From the NCBI GenBank assembly GCA_002633005.1, contig NMRA01000478.1, forward strand, positions 264,881 to 328,880: DNA of 64,000 nt, in the 5' to 3' direction. The notes beneath the pieces were generated by a model, which was given only the letters and a program-made list of their open reading frames with translations, did no database searches and was not told the DNA's origin. Source of the DNA: Phoronis australis. Its lineage: Eukaryota > Animalia > Phoronida. Positions 1 to 13,900 of this stretch are shown here, one piece after another. Positions within the stretch are counted from its first letter, which is position 1. Every line of letters starts with the position of its first letter. The position numbers and the translations under genes are program-made.

Positions 1-68
1 TCAAAAATATGCATTTTGTATGGGTTAGAAATAACGGAATTTAATGCGCACAAGTACATGTCAACCTG

Positions 69-206
69 GGCTGGGTTGCATAAAACTTCAAAATTATCCG
101 CTGGAAAAGTTCGATTGTTGCCTGACGTTAGGTGTATTGCTCAACAATAACGTGACGTGTGATAAGGCGACGTCATTGTTACAATACGGCTTTATGCAAC
201 TGGGCC
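69..206. mobile_element. Short MITE, PIF/Harbinger-like
   Basis: Imperfect terminal inverted repeats (ggctgggttgcataaa at the left; tttatgcaactgggcc at the right), flanked by an identical 3-bp CTG at 66-68 and 207-209 consistent with a target-site duplication. Confidence 0.6.
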
Positions 207-1929
207 CTGGTAAACAAGGTTCACAGCTACCGCCATCGTTCATTCAACAAGCAATGGCAATAAGGTGCGAAGTTATGAGTATTTGATGAATTGGCGACAG
301 TATACTGTTAGTATATTAATATAATCGACTGTGGGCCAATGGCCCTATGAGTTTGAAATCAACGTTTTCCTTTCTTTCTTTCTTTGTAATAATTGCTGAC
401 AATCAGCATCAGGGTAATTTGTAGAGCAACGTCGGACTGTTTTGATAAAAGGTTTATCGAAAATTGACAACGGGATATCTCTAATTCCTGTTTTTAAGCA
501 CAAGATTTGTGACATAATATTCAAGTATTGTCTTATAATTGCCGGAATTCCTGATGTAGCGATTATTCGAGCAAGCAGCGAATAAAAATAAGAAGCTAAA
601 ACTTTGCGAAGTGATTTAGATTTGAAAATTTTGCAGTGGTGGGAAAGAATTGCGCCAATACTGCGCAGAATTTTATAGCCTACATTTGTTGTACCTAAGA
701 CGAGGTAACTGAATCTCGCATCACAAATGGGTCACCTGGGCTGCGTTGCGTAGACTCAAGAAAATCTCGTAACAGCAAGACCATGCAAAATCATGCCAAG
801 TGTTTCGGTAATAAGATCGAGGCCTTAATCGTATACATTAGCAAAATGGTCGCCTCTAAAGTGAATAGTCACTGAAGATGCAATGTTGGATAGGATTCAG
901 CGTTTCCGCTCCACAAGGGGAGATTTCTCGAGTACTTTGCATGTGAAGTACGGCGTTTTATGTTGATAGCCATTTTGACGAGCCCAAATCGAAGTGCGAG
1001 TGGCCGTCATTCTTGCTTTTGAGTGGACATTTTTAAAATCATGACGAATAAAACACTTTAAAGATTACCAACAAAATGCGTTTCTTTTGTTATACATTGG
1101 GGGAAATTGCAAATCCCCCCTCCCATTTTTCTTAACCGAACCCAAAGGAGGGTCCCATTTAAAGATTCGAAATATGAAAACTAGTCACAAAATAGATCGC
1201 GAACTGCATTTATGTTGACGTTCACGTCGGCAAACATGTCCTTCCCGATTCTGACCTTGTAATAGTGCCAGATCGCATGATGAGTAGTTTTAGCTTAAGC
1301 AAAAACAACAGTTGTAGGGGGCCTAGGGAATTTATCAAAACGAAGAGAAGTATTTGTTAGATTTTGTTCGCCTAAAGAAATATTCTATCTTTAGCATGCA
1401 AGATATACCTACTCATTTTACCATAACGTAGAATTGTCGTGAGGACTTGACAGGGACCTCAGGGGTCTCGCACCCCACTGATTTATCCACATTATTTTGA
1501 TAACGCTTTGTCAAGTCACACATCGTGTGTCATAAAAGAGATAAGCAAACCTGCAGCTGACGCAGCAAGTAGAACTATTCTCGTTTATCACATTGGTGTA
1601 GACTCACAGTTGAACTGTGGTTTTCTGTTGACCCCAGACCGTCCTGAGTTGCACCACATATACCAACTCCGGACGGTCTCTCACGACAATTTAGCGTTAT
1701 GCAGAGTCTGAAAGAGTCTTCATTAGGGTCAGGTGGGGCTACATGTATGATGCGTATTTTCGTATGGAACTAGCAACCTCAGAGGTAATATAATGCTAAT
1801 AATAGTGATGGTGATGAAAATAGTAATGATTATAACAATAAATTTATTGTGCAGAGAAGTAAAGGACAAACATAAAACACGAGACAAAAATAAAAGTACA
1901 TTCCAAGTGCAAGTCGCGAAAAATATAAA

Positions 1930-2525
1930 AAGTCTGCATTTCTTTTTATACAGGAACTTTGAATTTGAAATTTTACGAAAAAAATCCGATCACATGAGTA
2001 TTTTTTGTTACTAGACATCCTTATTGCTAAGAAGTTTAAATTGGGATTAGCTGTGCATGGTCCTAACAATGGCGACCCAGGATTTTATATTATTCCCTTC
2101 TCGGTACTAGACTCTTGATTTGTGGCTCCTTAATCCTCATGCGAGGTCGGAAATTTTAAATACTGCTTCACACTTTGACCTCACGGACCCTTGGAGACAC
2201 AGCAATCGAAACAAAAAACTTTACTAGTCTTTTTGTTTACATCTGAAAAAGTTGGTAACATCTTGGATTATTCTAAGATTGAACTTGGATTCAGAACTGA
2301 ACACTCTATTAGAATATTAAATTTCACCCGTGGTCCTGGATTTGGAAATTCGTGAACTCTGTATTCCTTAATACAGAATCTATATGCTGCATTAGTGAAA
2401 AAAAGTTATTCGCTATACTACGAAAATGCACAGCACTTCCAAATGACGACTTGCACGTCCAACTTGACGACTCTTTATGTTTTGAAGTGCTTCTTTTAAA
2501 AATACGGTCGGAAACTGCATGAGAG
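1930..2525 (+). mobile_element. Degenerate L1/Tx1-clade non-LTR retrotransposon ORF2 fragment (AP endonuclease C-terminal half and linker)
   Basis: Colinear peptide remnants across frameshifts and stops: FLYRNFEFEILRKKSD, YFLLLDIL, VHGPNNGDPGFY, NPHARSEILN..FDLTDPWRHSN, GFRTEHS, RGPGF then frameshifted WKF, LDDSLCFEVLLLKIRSET. These follow the order of L1/Tx1 motifs (YGPN, D.WR, SDH, RGPG.WKFN). Confidence 0.7.
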
Positions 2526-2749
2526 TATGCACTTTGAAGTTCTAGTAGGAACTGTACTCGCACTTGGCTTACTGCAATTGGTCAGGAAAGTGCTAAGTGA
2601 AGTGCATGGTTTTTATTCCAATGCAAAATCAAAAGAAAAACACCTTCACGTAGGAAAGGGAAACTATTTGGGGTGAAGTGTTGTCTGGTATAAGTTCATG
2701 TAATTATGTTCAACTTTTCTCGTTTCATGACATGTTTCTTTGTCGCCGG

Positions 2750-4994
2750 TTATGTCCTTTTGAAGGGACATGCTAAGTTTGTTGACTATCGGAAAAGGTA
2801 TTTTGGTTTTCATTTATAGGGTGATTAACTTATTGACGTTATTAGCTTTGATCGCAGCGATAAATGCAAAAAACGTCACTAGTTGGCACCACCGTAGTTA
2901 GACTAGTTTGAAAATCCACGCCAGTCATGTTCTTGTCAGTAAGATCACATCTGCCGATTTTCATAAGGATCCTCTACGCGATTTGGCAGATACAGAAGCA
3001 AACGAAAAAAGCTGACTAAAAATAATTAAAATTGCCACCAGTTGATACTGAATACGTCGAATCCATCAAAAAGGAAAAGGCACTGTTGTCTTCATAATAG
3101 AAATTTGTTTGCCCAATTTCATGAAAAAGCATCAAGGAACTGTGAAATTACATTGGCAAAAGTAAAAAAATAAAATTGCCACAAGGGAGCACGGCTGTAA
3201 TTGGATTGATCTGAAACTGACAGTCATCTGGATCCCATCTCCATATAGAAAGTTAACACTTCTGTTAAATTTCAGAAAGATCTTGCAAAGGGTAAAGAAG
3301 ATACAGCCGTGGACGCAAAAAATAAAATTGCCACGGGGGGGGGGCTAAGTAGTTGATTATGTCCGAAAACCAACGTCATCCGCGGCAGTCTTCCGATCAG
3401 GAACACATCTCCATATTCTAACCATTATTCATTACCCTTCAAGCAATTTGGTGAATGGAGGGGATGATGTCAAAAACGCACTCACAAGTTTTTAAAATGG
3501 ACACCTAGTGGCGCAGAATGCGTCAAATCCGCCCGAAAACGAGAAGACGTCGTCTTCTTAATATAAACCTAATCGCAAAATTTCATGATAATAAAAACGG
3601 CCGCTATACATTTAACCTATCCGAAAACGGAACCTGTCGATTCTTTAATAGAAACTTATTTATTAAATTGCACAAAGGATTTTCAAAGATACAAAATACA
3701 ACGCAAAAAGCAACTACAGGGCACAGCAGTAGACGGATCATTCCCAATGTCGATATTGTCCGTTGACAACTACATATAAATACACTAGCCAAATTTAATA
3801 AATATCCTGCTGAAGGTTTGGGAGATACAGCCACAGACGCATAAAAACTGCTACCAGGAGGCGCCACAATGGTCGAAGCCGTCTGAATATCAACGTCAAC
3901 CGTCTTCTTCAAAGTAGGAACATATGCCAATTTTCACAATCATCCTTAGAGCTTGGTTGATAGGAGGGCGGATGCGAAAAACAGACTAGAAAACAATAAA
4001 AAACGGCCACTACGTGGCAAAAATACGTCGAATCCATCCAAAAACAGGAACACGACATCGTTTCTTTAAAAGAAACAAATTTCCTCAAAACTACGTCAAG
4101 GAATTACAAAGAACGGAGGAAAACGGAAAACGTGAAAATGCCACTAGGAGCACAGCGTTCGTCAGATCCGTCTGAAAGTCGTCGTCGTCCGTTGTCAACT
4201 TGATATAAATACACTTGCGCAAATCTATGACCCTGCGGTGGGTTTAGGAAATACAGGTATGGGCGCAAAAAACAACTGTCACTAGGAGGTCCCACAGTAG
4301 TCAAAGACGTCGGAAAATCGTCGTCAACTGTACTCTTCAGAACAAGAACATATATGGCAATTTTCACCATCAGTGGTTTGCCAATTCGTTGATAGGGGGG
4401 CAGACGCAAAACGACTCAAAAACAGTAAAAATGACCATTAAGTGGCGCAAAATACTTCAAATCCACCAGGCAAAGGTAGGATATCCTGCATAGGATTTGG
4501 GAGATGTAGCCATAGGCGTGAAAAAAAAACCGCCAGTACGAGGCGCCACTGTGACAGTTGTCGAAGTCATCAGAAATTCATCGCCGTCCTTTTCACAGTA
4601 ATAACATATATGCCAATTTTCACAATCATGCTTGGAGTGGTTTGGTTGATGGAGACAGACTCGAAAACAATAAAAATGGCCACTAGGTGGCGAAAAATAC
4701 TTCGAATTCATCTGAAAACGGGAGGATAGCATAATCTCAATAACAGATGCTTATTTGCATGCCAAATTTTAGGAAATCCGTTGCGGACCTCCGAAGATTA
4801 CCGATGTAAATGTACAAAAAATAAAATTACCACTAGGGAGCATACCAGTAGTCGTTCAAGTCTGAAAAACTCGCTCATGCTGCAAAATTTCATGAACATG
4901 CATCGAAAGGTTTTGGAGATAGAGCAGTGGGATGCCGGACGAGGAAGACAGCATAATGCACCCATATTTAAATAATTATATGGGCGTATAAAAA
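2750..4994 (-). mobile_element. Helentron/HINE (DINE-1-like) non-autonomous element with internal degenerate ~140-155-bp tandem array
   Basis: On the minus strand one end reads tttttatacgcccatat..atatgggtg (T-run plus subterminal hairpin, 4961-4994). A short hairpin atgtcc..ggacat lies at 2752-2771. About 14 internal units share a core of the type aaaa(t)tgccactagg(n)ggc and mostly recur every ~140-155 bp. Confidence 0.55.
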
Positions 4995-7961
4995 TAACCC
5001 TCGGTGACTGCATTAGGTGGTTCATTGAGAATGAGTTTGAACCTCCATTTTACTAGGCGGTAACTGTTTGTTGCGTCTTTCACAAGGGAGTCTCCGATGT
5101 ACATCTCCCTAAAACGTCTCCGTATGTGATGTGGGGACTCGCAGTAGCGTCGCTCAGACTTGCGATTTTGAATAAGTCAAATCATTCTTCCTACAAATGT
5201 TTTCTTCTCAAAACAGCCGAGAGGTGTCGTCGAAGTTGTGAGCGTCAGGAAGTACGAACGATCGTAACAACTCCGCAGACGATTGATAATTCCTAAATAT
5301 ATTGAAGATGACCGTCACACTAGTGTTGTAAAATTGTCCTAAAAATAACATTTGCTCAGCGCAGCCCAAAATTTGCTAACTGATCGCAAATTACAAATTC
5401 AAATGAATTCAAGTAAAAATTGTTGGCAATTCCAAGTAAACGAATCTTCCAGATTTTCCCCACATAATTTTAGTGAAACTTCAAACATTATGGTGCTAAC
5501 AATGTGTGAAACTGGCACACATTGGTGCCACACTCAATTCATGTGACAACTGACAACCTTAATCCTCTTGATGTAAATGTAGATTAGATACCAGACATTC
5601 GTGTAATCGACTGTTGGTTTAATCTCACAACCTAGCTAAAGCAATCAGCTAAATGCTGTAACAGTCAACTGAGAGAGGTTTATTTCGTGTTGCAAGAACA
5701 ATTCAGGGCATTCCAGCGAGGCCGCATGACACTGTGACATTCGTCGCTTTCCAGGAAAAGTTTCAAGTTATCTCATTTGTCACTGTACTCATTGCACAGA
5801 TAAAAGATGTACATGAGAATGCAAACGAAGTCAACACAGAAACTGAAGACAAATAATCTCAAATGGCAAAGGGGCAGTGGGCTACCCTTTACTGGGACGA
5901 CTCATATGCTGTTTTCAATAATTCAAAGCATAGCCAAGCAACAAATGTATGCACACGTGACCAATTTGCAAAGATGACACCTGAGTCAACGGTACAAATC
6001 ACAAAGTAAAAATGCACCAGAGGCACACGTCGCACTCATTGGTGCACACACGTGCACCTACAGAGGCACAAGGTGTACTTACAGGGGCTTACAGTACACT
6101 TACCAAGTTATGCACTGCACGCCGTACCACATATGGTACAATTGGCGAGCCACATGGTACATTTGGTCAGGCAGAAAATGCACATACTGAGGGACACAGT
6201 ACGCATACCCAGGACACCATGTACTGAATGTTAGATTTAGGCTTATGAGCCTATAAAGAAAATAATGTTTTCCATAGAAATTTCTTGGTCAATTTTTTCA
6301 TACCTAGGCCTTTCCTATAGAAAGGTGCACTTGTTTATATGTGGCAAGCCTTAAAAAGCATGTTTTTGTGCATCCTTAGTCCAGTCATAAGCTTATTCAG
6401 GAAGTTGCCAGTTTTTTCACAAGGCCCATGTACATAATTGTGGATACAGTCACATGTTCATGTACAGGGGCATGAGCCTAATAGGTGCTTATACTATAAA
6501 CAGCAATGATGATGGAATCGTTTTGATCATTCATTTCTCAGTTACAGCCAAGCTAAGTGTGCCTAGTTCATCGTGTTTGCACACCAATAACCTCCCATTC
6601 CCCAAGTCCCAAGCCAACTCTTCTGTATCCAGATTGTTTTAGCTAAAGTGAACTTTGATTGCACAGAACATTCTGGGACTTTTGTTGTAACGTGGTTTGC
6701 TTCATCATCTAATGTACATGTAATAACAAAGATGCAGTCAGTTAGACTATAGCCACAGACACGTTGCACTCCCCAGACCATAATTGTCACTGCCAGGGGT
6801 CCCACGTTTTAAGAACCAGTTGTCTCCACAGAATAACGGGCAGCAAGCCGGTCCTCAAAATACGGGAATCCTGTAAGTCATAATTGTCCCTTAGAAATTA
6901 AATTCTTAAATTATGTCATGTTTGGGAGTGGTTTTGAGAAATACATTGAAAACAAGCTCAATAAATCTGGTTTGCTTGTACTTGAGAGAATAAAGGGAAT
7001 CAGAAAAGCTCACTAGTTTGGTGATAGATTCACTTTTCTACAAAATGGCAGATCCCTGTAACAGCGTTGCATTGCTGCGCAGTGACTGAGGAATCTACTG
7101 TGATTTCAGATAGCTGAAACAATCCAAAATTACAAAAAAGCATGTGTGGATGACAGCACTTTTGAACTTCACTTGTGGAATCTGCAGTATGTTTGCTATC
7201 AGAATCTGGCGTTGGTTTGTGTCAAGCATTGCCAAGGAAGTGGTGGTTTTGAGCTGAAAAGGGTTAAGGCAAAATACCGAAACTTAAAATGTGTATGGGT
7301 CATCATCAGACATGCTATGTAAGGTTCTCCTCAAAATGGTTCACCTCAGGTCATATCAATTACACCGGTAACAGGAAAACTGTTTGTGAGTCATGTATAT
7401 TTTAACAGTGAACTGGAGTACTCATTATAAATCCAGCAAAAATTGGAACTTTACTGACTATAGGTCAGTCTTGATGCTTCAAAAACGAATTATAGATACT
7501 GGTTTAGAATAAAGACAAATCCAGCCAATGATATCATAAGAACAAAAAGAAACAATGTTTCAGTGAAGCCAGACAAGGTTGACTTGGTAACACGAGCCAA
7601 CCAAGCATGATGCAGACTCCACTTTCACCACAGAAATCTGGGTGGAGTTGAGATGTGTGCGAAATCAAAGAAATCTCACCAGCTATGTCCACTGGCTGGG
7701 TTTTCAAATTCGACATATACGCCTGATATTTTTTGTGACCTCTTTTCTGAGCCTGGATTCCATTTCATTAAAAGTAAGAAAGCTAAAAACAGGAGACAGA
7801 AAAACTATCTACAGCGCTTTTGAAGTGAAATCACTCACAACTTCTGATGATGCATTTGTTGACAGAGTCAAGGAAAGGCCACAAGCCCAGTGAGGTACAC
7901 AACATCTGGCAAAAACAAAAGAGAATTGTACAGTGCCCCAAAATCAACTGTAGAAGGTACT

Positions 7962-10900
7962 TCAGTCCGTGTATCCATACAAGCTACTCTCCGCCAAAGC
8001 TCGGTTTGGATCTTGCGATTTTCTTCTTGGCCGTCGCCCAATGGGCTCCAAGTCATTGTAACATTTATCAAACACTTTGTCTATAGCCACCATTCCTTCC
8101 TCCTTAGATACATTGCGAACAGTTAATATCGACATTAAAGCCTTCCTTTTCACACAGTCCTACAACAGGAGATTGATATCCAATCAACAGCAGTCCACCT
8201 GATGAGGAAATTTGAGGATCTTCATCATAGGTTTTTCATTATGGAATAGAAACAACAGCAGAGATTTCATGTGAGCCACTGCACTCCTAGTAGATAATTC
8301 AGTGGCATAGCTATAGATAGTGGAGACAGGCAGACAAATTACCTTTCACCCAAGCAGCCATAACCCCAGATACATATATGCCACATAAGCAGTCCAGATA
8401 AAAATTCTAGATTTTCTAAAAATTTAGTGAGCAAAAATTTATCCAGAGCCCCCAAGAACTTATCCCTGCAGTCGTAGTTCAAGTCAAAAATTGACAAACT
8501 TTATGGTACCTTTTGAGTAAACTTTCAAATCTCTACTCAAATCATAAAGCATACGTGATTTAATTTTTGAGTAAGATTAGACCCTAAGTTCAGGACTAGG
8601 TTTGGGAAAAACTTCAGAGCTCACCCGCATAAGCATAGTTGAACATACGTGATGCTATGATGTCACTGCTGTTATCCAGATTGTTTAGGTTAGGTAATTG
8701 AGGCTAGAACAGTCACACTGTTTAAAACCAAAATTAGGGCATTATTGGTTTACTGTATTTTAATGTGCTTAAAATGCGCATAGTGTACATTCCTTGCACA
8801 CATGTATAACTGTCGAATATCAAGAGCATAATTTTGTCAAACTTTCAGTCCTGGAGACTTAGCACATCCTTTCTCTCATAGTTTCCTTTCTAATGACCAA
8901 TGCGTCTTCACTAAACACCAATAGTACATACCGGGTAGTTGAACTCTAGAATTCAATATCAAAAAATTGTGTCTGTGCATTTTTTGACAAAAATAGAATG
9001 TTTAGAATGGTTTCGAAGATTGTTCAACTCAACACTGGAATAAAAACACCCAAAATAGCCCATTAACTAGACGGTGCATTTTCAGTAAAAATCTAATTCA
9101 TAAAAGTGACTGTTGGTCATTTTGAAAGAAATACCCAAATTTCTTAAAGGAACACTATCGACAAGAAAATTACTTGTCAAAGATCATTGGAATCCAACCT
9201 GCACCCCTTGTGGTCACATTTTAACAATCAGCTGGTAAAGTTACTGGGATTGAATGCCTTTGGGCAGACAAAGGCTAAATTGGTGATTTGTAATAAAATC
9301 CCAAAACACAAGGGATTTTGTTGCTTTCAAGCTCAGGTAAAACCTAATAACCCAAAAACGACCATCCCATTCAGCACCCAGAAACAGTCCCACCACATCA
9401 CATAACAAACCTGATGCCTCTCCTTAATCCCCGGGGTCAGAAATCCCGCATCTCCCTCCACCCAGGCGGCCAGTAACGAGCAGTGCATGAAGTTAGCAGC
9501 GCGGATCTGCAAGTGAGAAACATTGGAGAGATGGAATTAATAACAATATTACAGTTCAGGGCTTTACAAATATCATCATACGCACGTATATAACCAGCAA
9601 TTGCACTCAATGACTTGGCACTGGAACTTTCATTTAATCCATCATTAAAGGGGAAGGCAACTGTTTTCAGAATCATTGTGGGCTAATGTGTTTTAAACCA
9701 CTATTGACCTAGTTTTTACAAGTGACAACACTGTCAGAAACAACAGACCTTTTTTATAGCACTGCGTATCCAATCGCGAATTGAATACCCAAAAATTCAA
9801 AATGGAAGAAAATCGACTTCACTTGAAAGTTTCTCAGCTCCACAGACATGAGTGTAACGTATGAACATTCGCAGTGCCAGTGTGTCCACAACACACCAGT
9901 TTCTTGCATAAACTTGTGCCATATCCGCACTTCTCCGATGTACCACGCGAAAGTGAATGGAGTCACATCGTGGTCAAATACTAAGTTGTCACAACCACTA
10001 CAAACACAACGCCTAACCATCCCTTATGGGAAAAAGAGCAGCAATATCTGACAACTTTTCACACTAAACATAATGGAAGTTGACTAGTGCTGCGATACGT
10101 TGTTCTCATTTTAGGTAGTATGAATCGACCAATAAATGCTCGTAACACGAGATCAGATATTGTTTTCGGATGTTGTCATTTCACAGCTGAACGACTAGTG
10201 GGATTACTTTTTGGTGTTTTGATGTAACATTGGTGATGTGAAGTACTTTAAAAAAAATTTTTCTTGTTATATACTAGACACATTTCCAAGTACATGCTAA
10301 ATTTTATGAAGTTCCATCAAGCATCTTCAAGTTGATAGACATCAAGCCACAAGCCAAAAAATGAAATTGCCAAATTGTGCCAGAGTACTCATATCCGTCC
10401 ACAATTATCATATTACCTACTCTTCTCAGTAGGAACACATTGCGATACTTTGAGTGGTTTGCCTGATAGAGAGTTGGATGCGAAAATTAAAATAATAATT
10501 GGATACTAGGTGGTTTAGAACATGATAAATCCATTCAAAGATGGGATGGCATCATCAGCTCCTAAGTAGAAACCTACCAATATGCCAAACTTCATGAAAA
10601 TCACCAAGGAACTCTGAAGATACAGAGGAAAGCGTAAAAACAATAAAACAGCCACTAGGGGTCACAGCAGTGGTTGGGTCCGTCTGAAGGTTGTAGTCAT
10701 CCGTAGTTGCATTCACTACTAAATTTTACAAAGATCCTGTAAGGGGTTTAAGAGATACTAATGAGGACGCAAAAAACAACCACTATGAGGTACCTGAGTA
10801 GTCAGAGCCACCAAAAAATTAACATCAACTACACTGTTTTCAGAATGAAAACATCAGTCTGACAACTTTCAAAATGATTCTTTGAGCAGCTTTACAGATA

Positions 10901-13900
10901 AGGTCCAAAAACATATTTGATTTTGTTTTGTTTTTTGAAGTTTGGGTTGGTGATGAAGTATTTTTTAACATTTTAAACCTGCAACTTTGTACAATTTCAA
11001 AAAATAAGAGACCTCGGGCGAAATTAATGTTGGCTACAGTTTTTTTTGATCACTGAGCACAGGTCTCAAAGCGAGTCAGAGTTACAGACAAAAACCAATT
11101 AAGCTTTTTAAGCCTAGAGGTAGAACATACTCTATTATGCAACTACTTTTGACTTATGAAAAAAGACATTTATAAAATGTAACAGAAAATCAAAATGCAA
11201 CTTACTTACCTCAGTGCATGCTAGATGCTCAAGATTATCAAACTGCAGCTTAGCACGGCAAAAATCGAAGGCATGCACAAATTCGTGTGACAGTACATTG
11301 CAGCAAGTTCTCCTAGATGAAGCTCTATTACTGCAGACAACTGCCTACGGAAAGTGAGAAAATTGAGATGAGATCAGAGGGACGACAATATATAGAGTGC
11401 ATCCTAATTGCCCAATGCATGTAATCCAGGCAAATAGTATTTGAATCATCTCAACCTTGTAATGTGTCGACATTAAAACAAATTCCATAGTAGTCCAAAA
11501 TGCCTCCCCCCTCCCCACCCTCCCATTTCACAATTGCCCCACCCAATTCACCAATCATTTCACAATATCGCACCTCCTCACAATTTGCCAGTCTCCACTG
11601 GTTTCACCAATTTCATACTACCAATGTTTTGACACTGATACTTCTAATGACGCTGCACGCTGTGAAAATACAGATTGAATCTCTGGTTCAGGAATGTACA
11701 TTTATATCTGGCTATGAACTGAAGGGTGGTTAAGCCTTTATACCATAAGGTGCTCAAAAGTGACCACAGATATGAAGCTACCTGGATCAATTGACCCATG
11801 GACATGTTTGTTTTCTTCAGTCAATCCTTGATGTTGATAATCTAACATATAAAAGAATGTCAACAAGTGTAGCTCAAAAGAAGTTATGATTGCGAGGAAT
11901 TTTTCATTCACATGTAGTCCTGACCGACAGCGCGGTATTATAGCCAAGTTTTCTGTCAACAACAAGCTTAGATGTAGACCAGTCGCCATTACAAATTAAA
12001 GTGGTCTTCTCTTGTTCCTTGTTCAAGTTAGAAGTGATCTATAGGATAGGGAAGAACTAACAGTTGTGACCTGAAATTTTACGAAATGGGTCAAAATATT
12101 TATTTTCCACTGCAAGGTGAATATTGAGACCAGTTTCACAACTCTAAGGCCTAAACCAAAACTTCATATTTATAGTGAGATTAAACTATACTGTTATATA
12201 CTTGCAGCTACTCAAAAAAACTCTCTAAATATCGCAAGCTTGAAAAAGTAATTTTCTGCAATGATTGTGAATATTACTTATTTGTTGAAAGATGAACCCC
12301 AATGATTCATCTATTTGCGTAATTTTCATCTTTGACAATATTCTGATCCTCGAAGTGTTTCTAATGTATCCACACATGTATGTGACGTGTTGTTTTTGTA
12401 CTGTATTGTGAAATATTTTGTTCAAATAAATACATGTAAAAAAATTTTGACAGCAAGCATGCGTGGGTTTAATGGCACTTTAACATATGCAAGATTTATG
12501 GCAGAAAATGTCAACATTTCAAAGAAAAATAAGTTTCCTTTAAGGTCATGTTGAACAAGCAATGGGCAATAGCAGTGTCAGGTCTCAGGCAAAACTCCAG
12601 GGTTGCACAACACGGAACGGGCAGACTGGAAGATTTTACCGATGCCGGGTCCCCAAGAGTCATAATCAGTTGATTAGTGCAATGGGCCTGGCCTTGCAGC
12701 CTAAACACGCTTGATGTACTGCAAGAGGCATCAGGCCACCTGCACTCCTTTTTATCATGAAACGATGAACTCACCAAAATCTGGTTGATGCACGGATCAC
12801 CATGTGTCATAAGGTGGAGCAACTTACTTGGTTTGTGAGGGGATCGTAGCCACCTGTAACGTTACTTCGACATGGCTCACAGGACACGTGTCTTTTTAAA
12901 TCAATATCACTGAAAAGAAGATGAGACCTTTTATTTAAAAATATATATAAAAAAGACTTAACCATAAGATCACATTAAGAAAACTTGACAACACGCCAAT
13001 ATCAGGACAAATAATAAGACAAACTTACTTTAATTTTTAAACTGGCATATGTGGTGAAAAGTCGACAGACACAAAAAGTTCATGGCCTAACAGAATTTCA
13101 ATAGACATCCAAACGAGTCAAAACAACTTGACTGCATATTAGTCAGGTAAAGAAATCGAAGTCATGGCTAAGACGACACTTGAGCTCAGACAAAAATAGA
13201 ATAGTGTCAGGAAAATTCTTGCTAATTACAAAGTTCTCACACCCTGGACAGCAAACTTTTGTTTAAAGCAAAAAGATTTTTTGTGATCTCATGTACTTAC
13301 CAGCCATGGCTTTTCATAGCACCAATAAGTAATTTAACAATAGGGTCTGAAAAGAAAAGGTGTAACGTATTATTGTTACCACAAATACAGCGGTCATGAA
13401 CCGGCCTTTGGTTATCAAAAAATAACTTGATGAACTCACCTTACATTATATTGACAGATGATTCTCAAAAGACTTTACTAGTCAACACATAGTGACAAGA
13501 TGATACTTCAAGAGAAACATCATAGTCATTCGGTAACCCTGTCAGGTTTACAAACCATTTGGGCAACCATAATTTTGAACGGGATCGACAGGACAGTCAG
13601 AATTAAAAAACAATCAAAATTTTAAAACAGTGCTTGAAATGATGCCACTTTTTTAAATATTGTCAGCTGGTCGGCAGTTGTTCAAAAAGTTCAGCTATCA
13701 GTCATTTCGGAAATAAGAAATTTGCTGCACCAAAAGTATTTTCTTAGCACATTTTTCAACATTCCGTGCACCCCGCAACACTGGTCCGACTTACCAGCAG
13801 CAGTGTTACACATATCAACAAACTTGAATGAAAATGCTTTTCATGACTGTTGGTTGTTGCCTGTGCATTTCTCACTTGGATGAATACTATTGGTTAGTGT

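Noticed and set aside
2870-4850. CRISPR-like regularly spaced repeats
   Set aside because: The context is eukaryotic, the units are ~150 bp and homologous along their length rather than unique spacers, and there are no cas genes.
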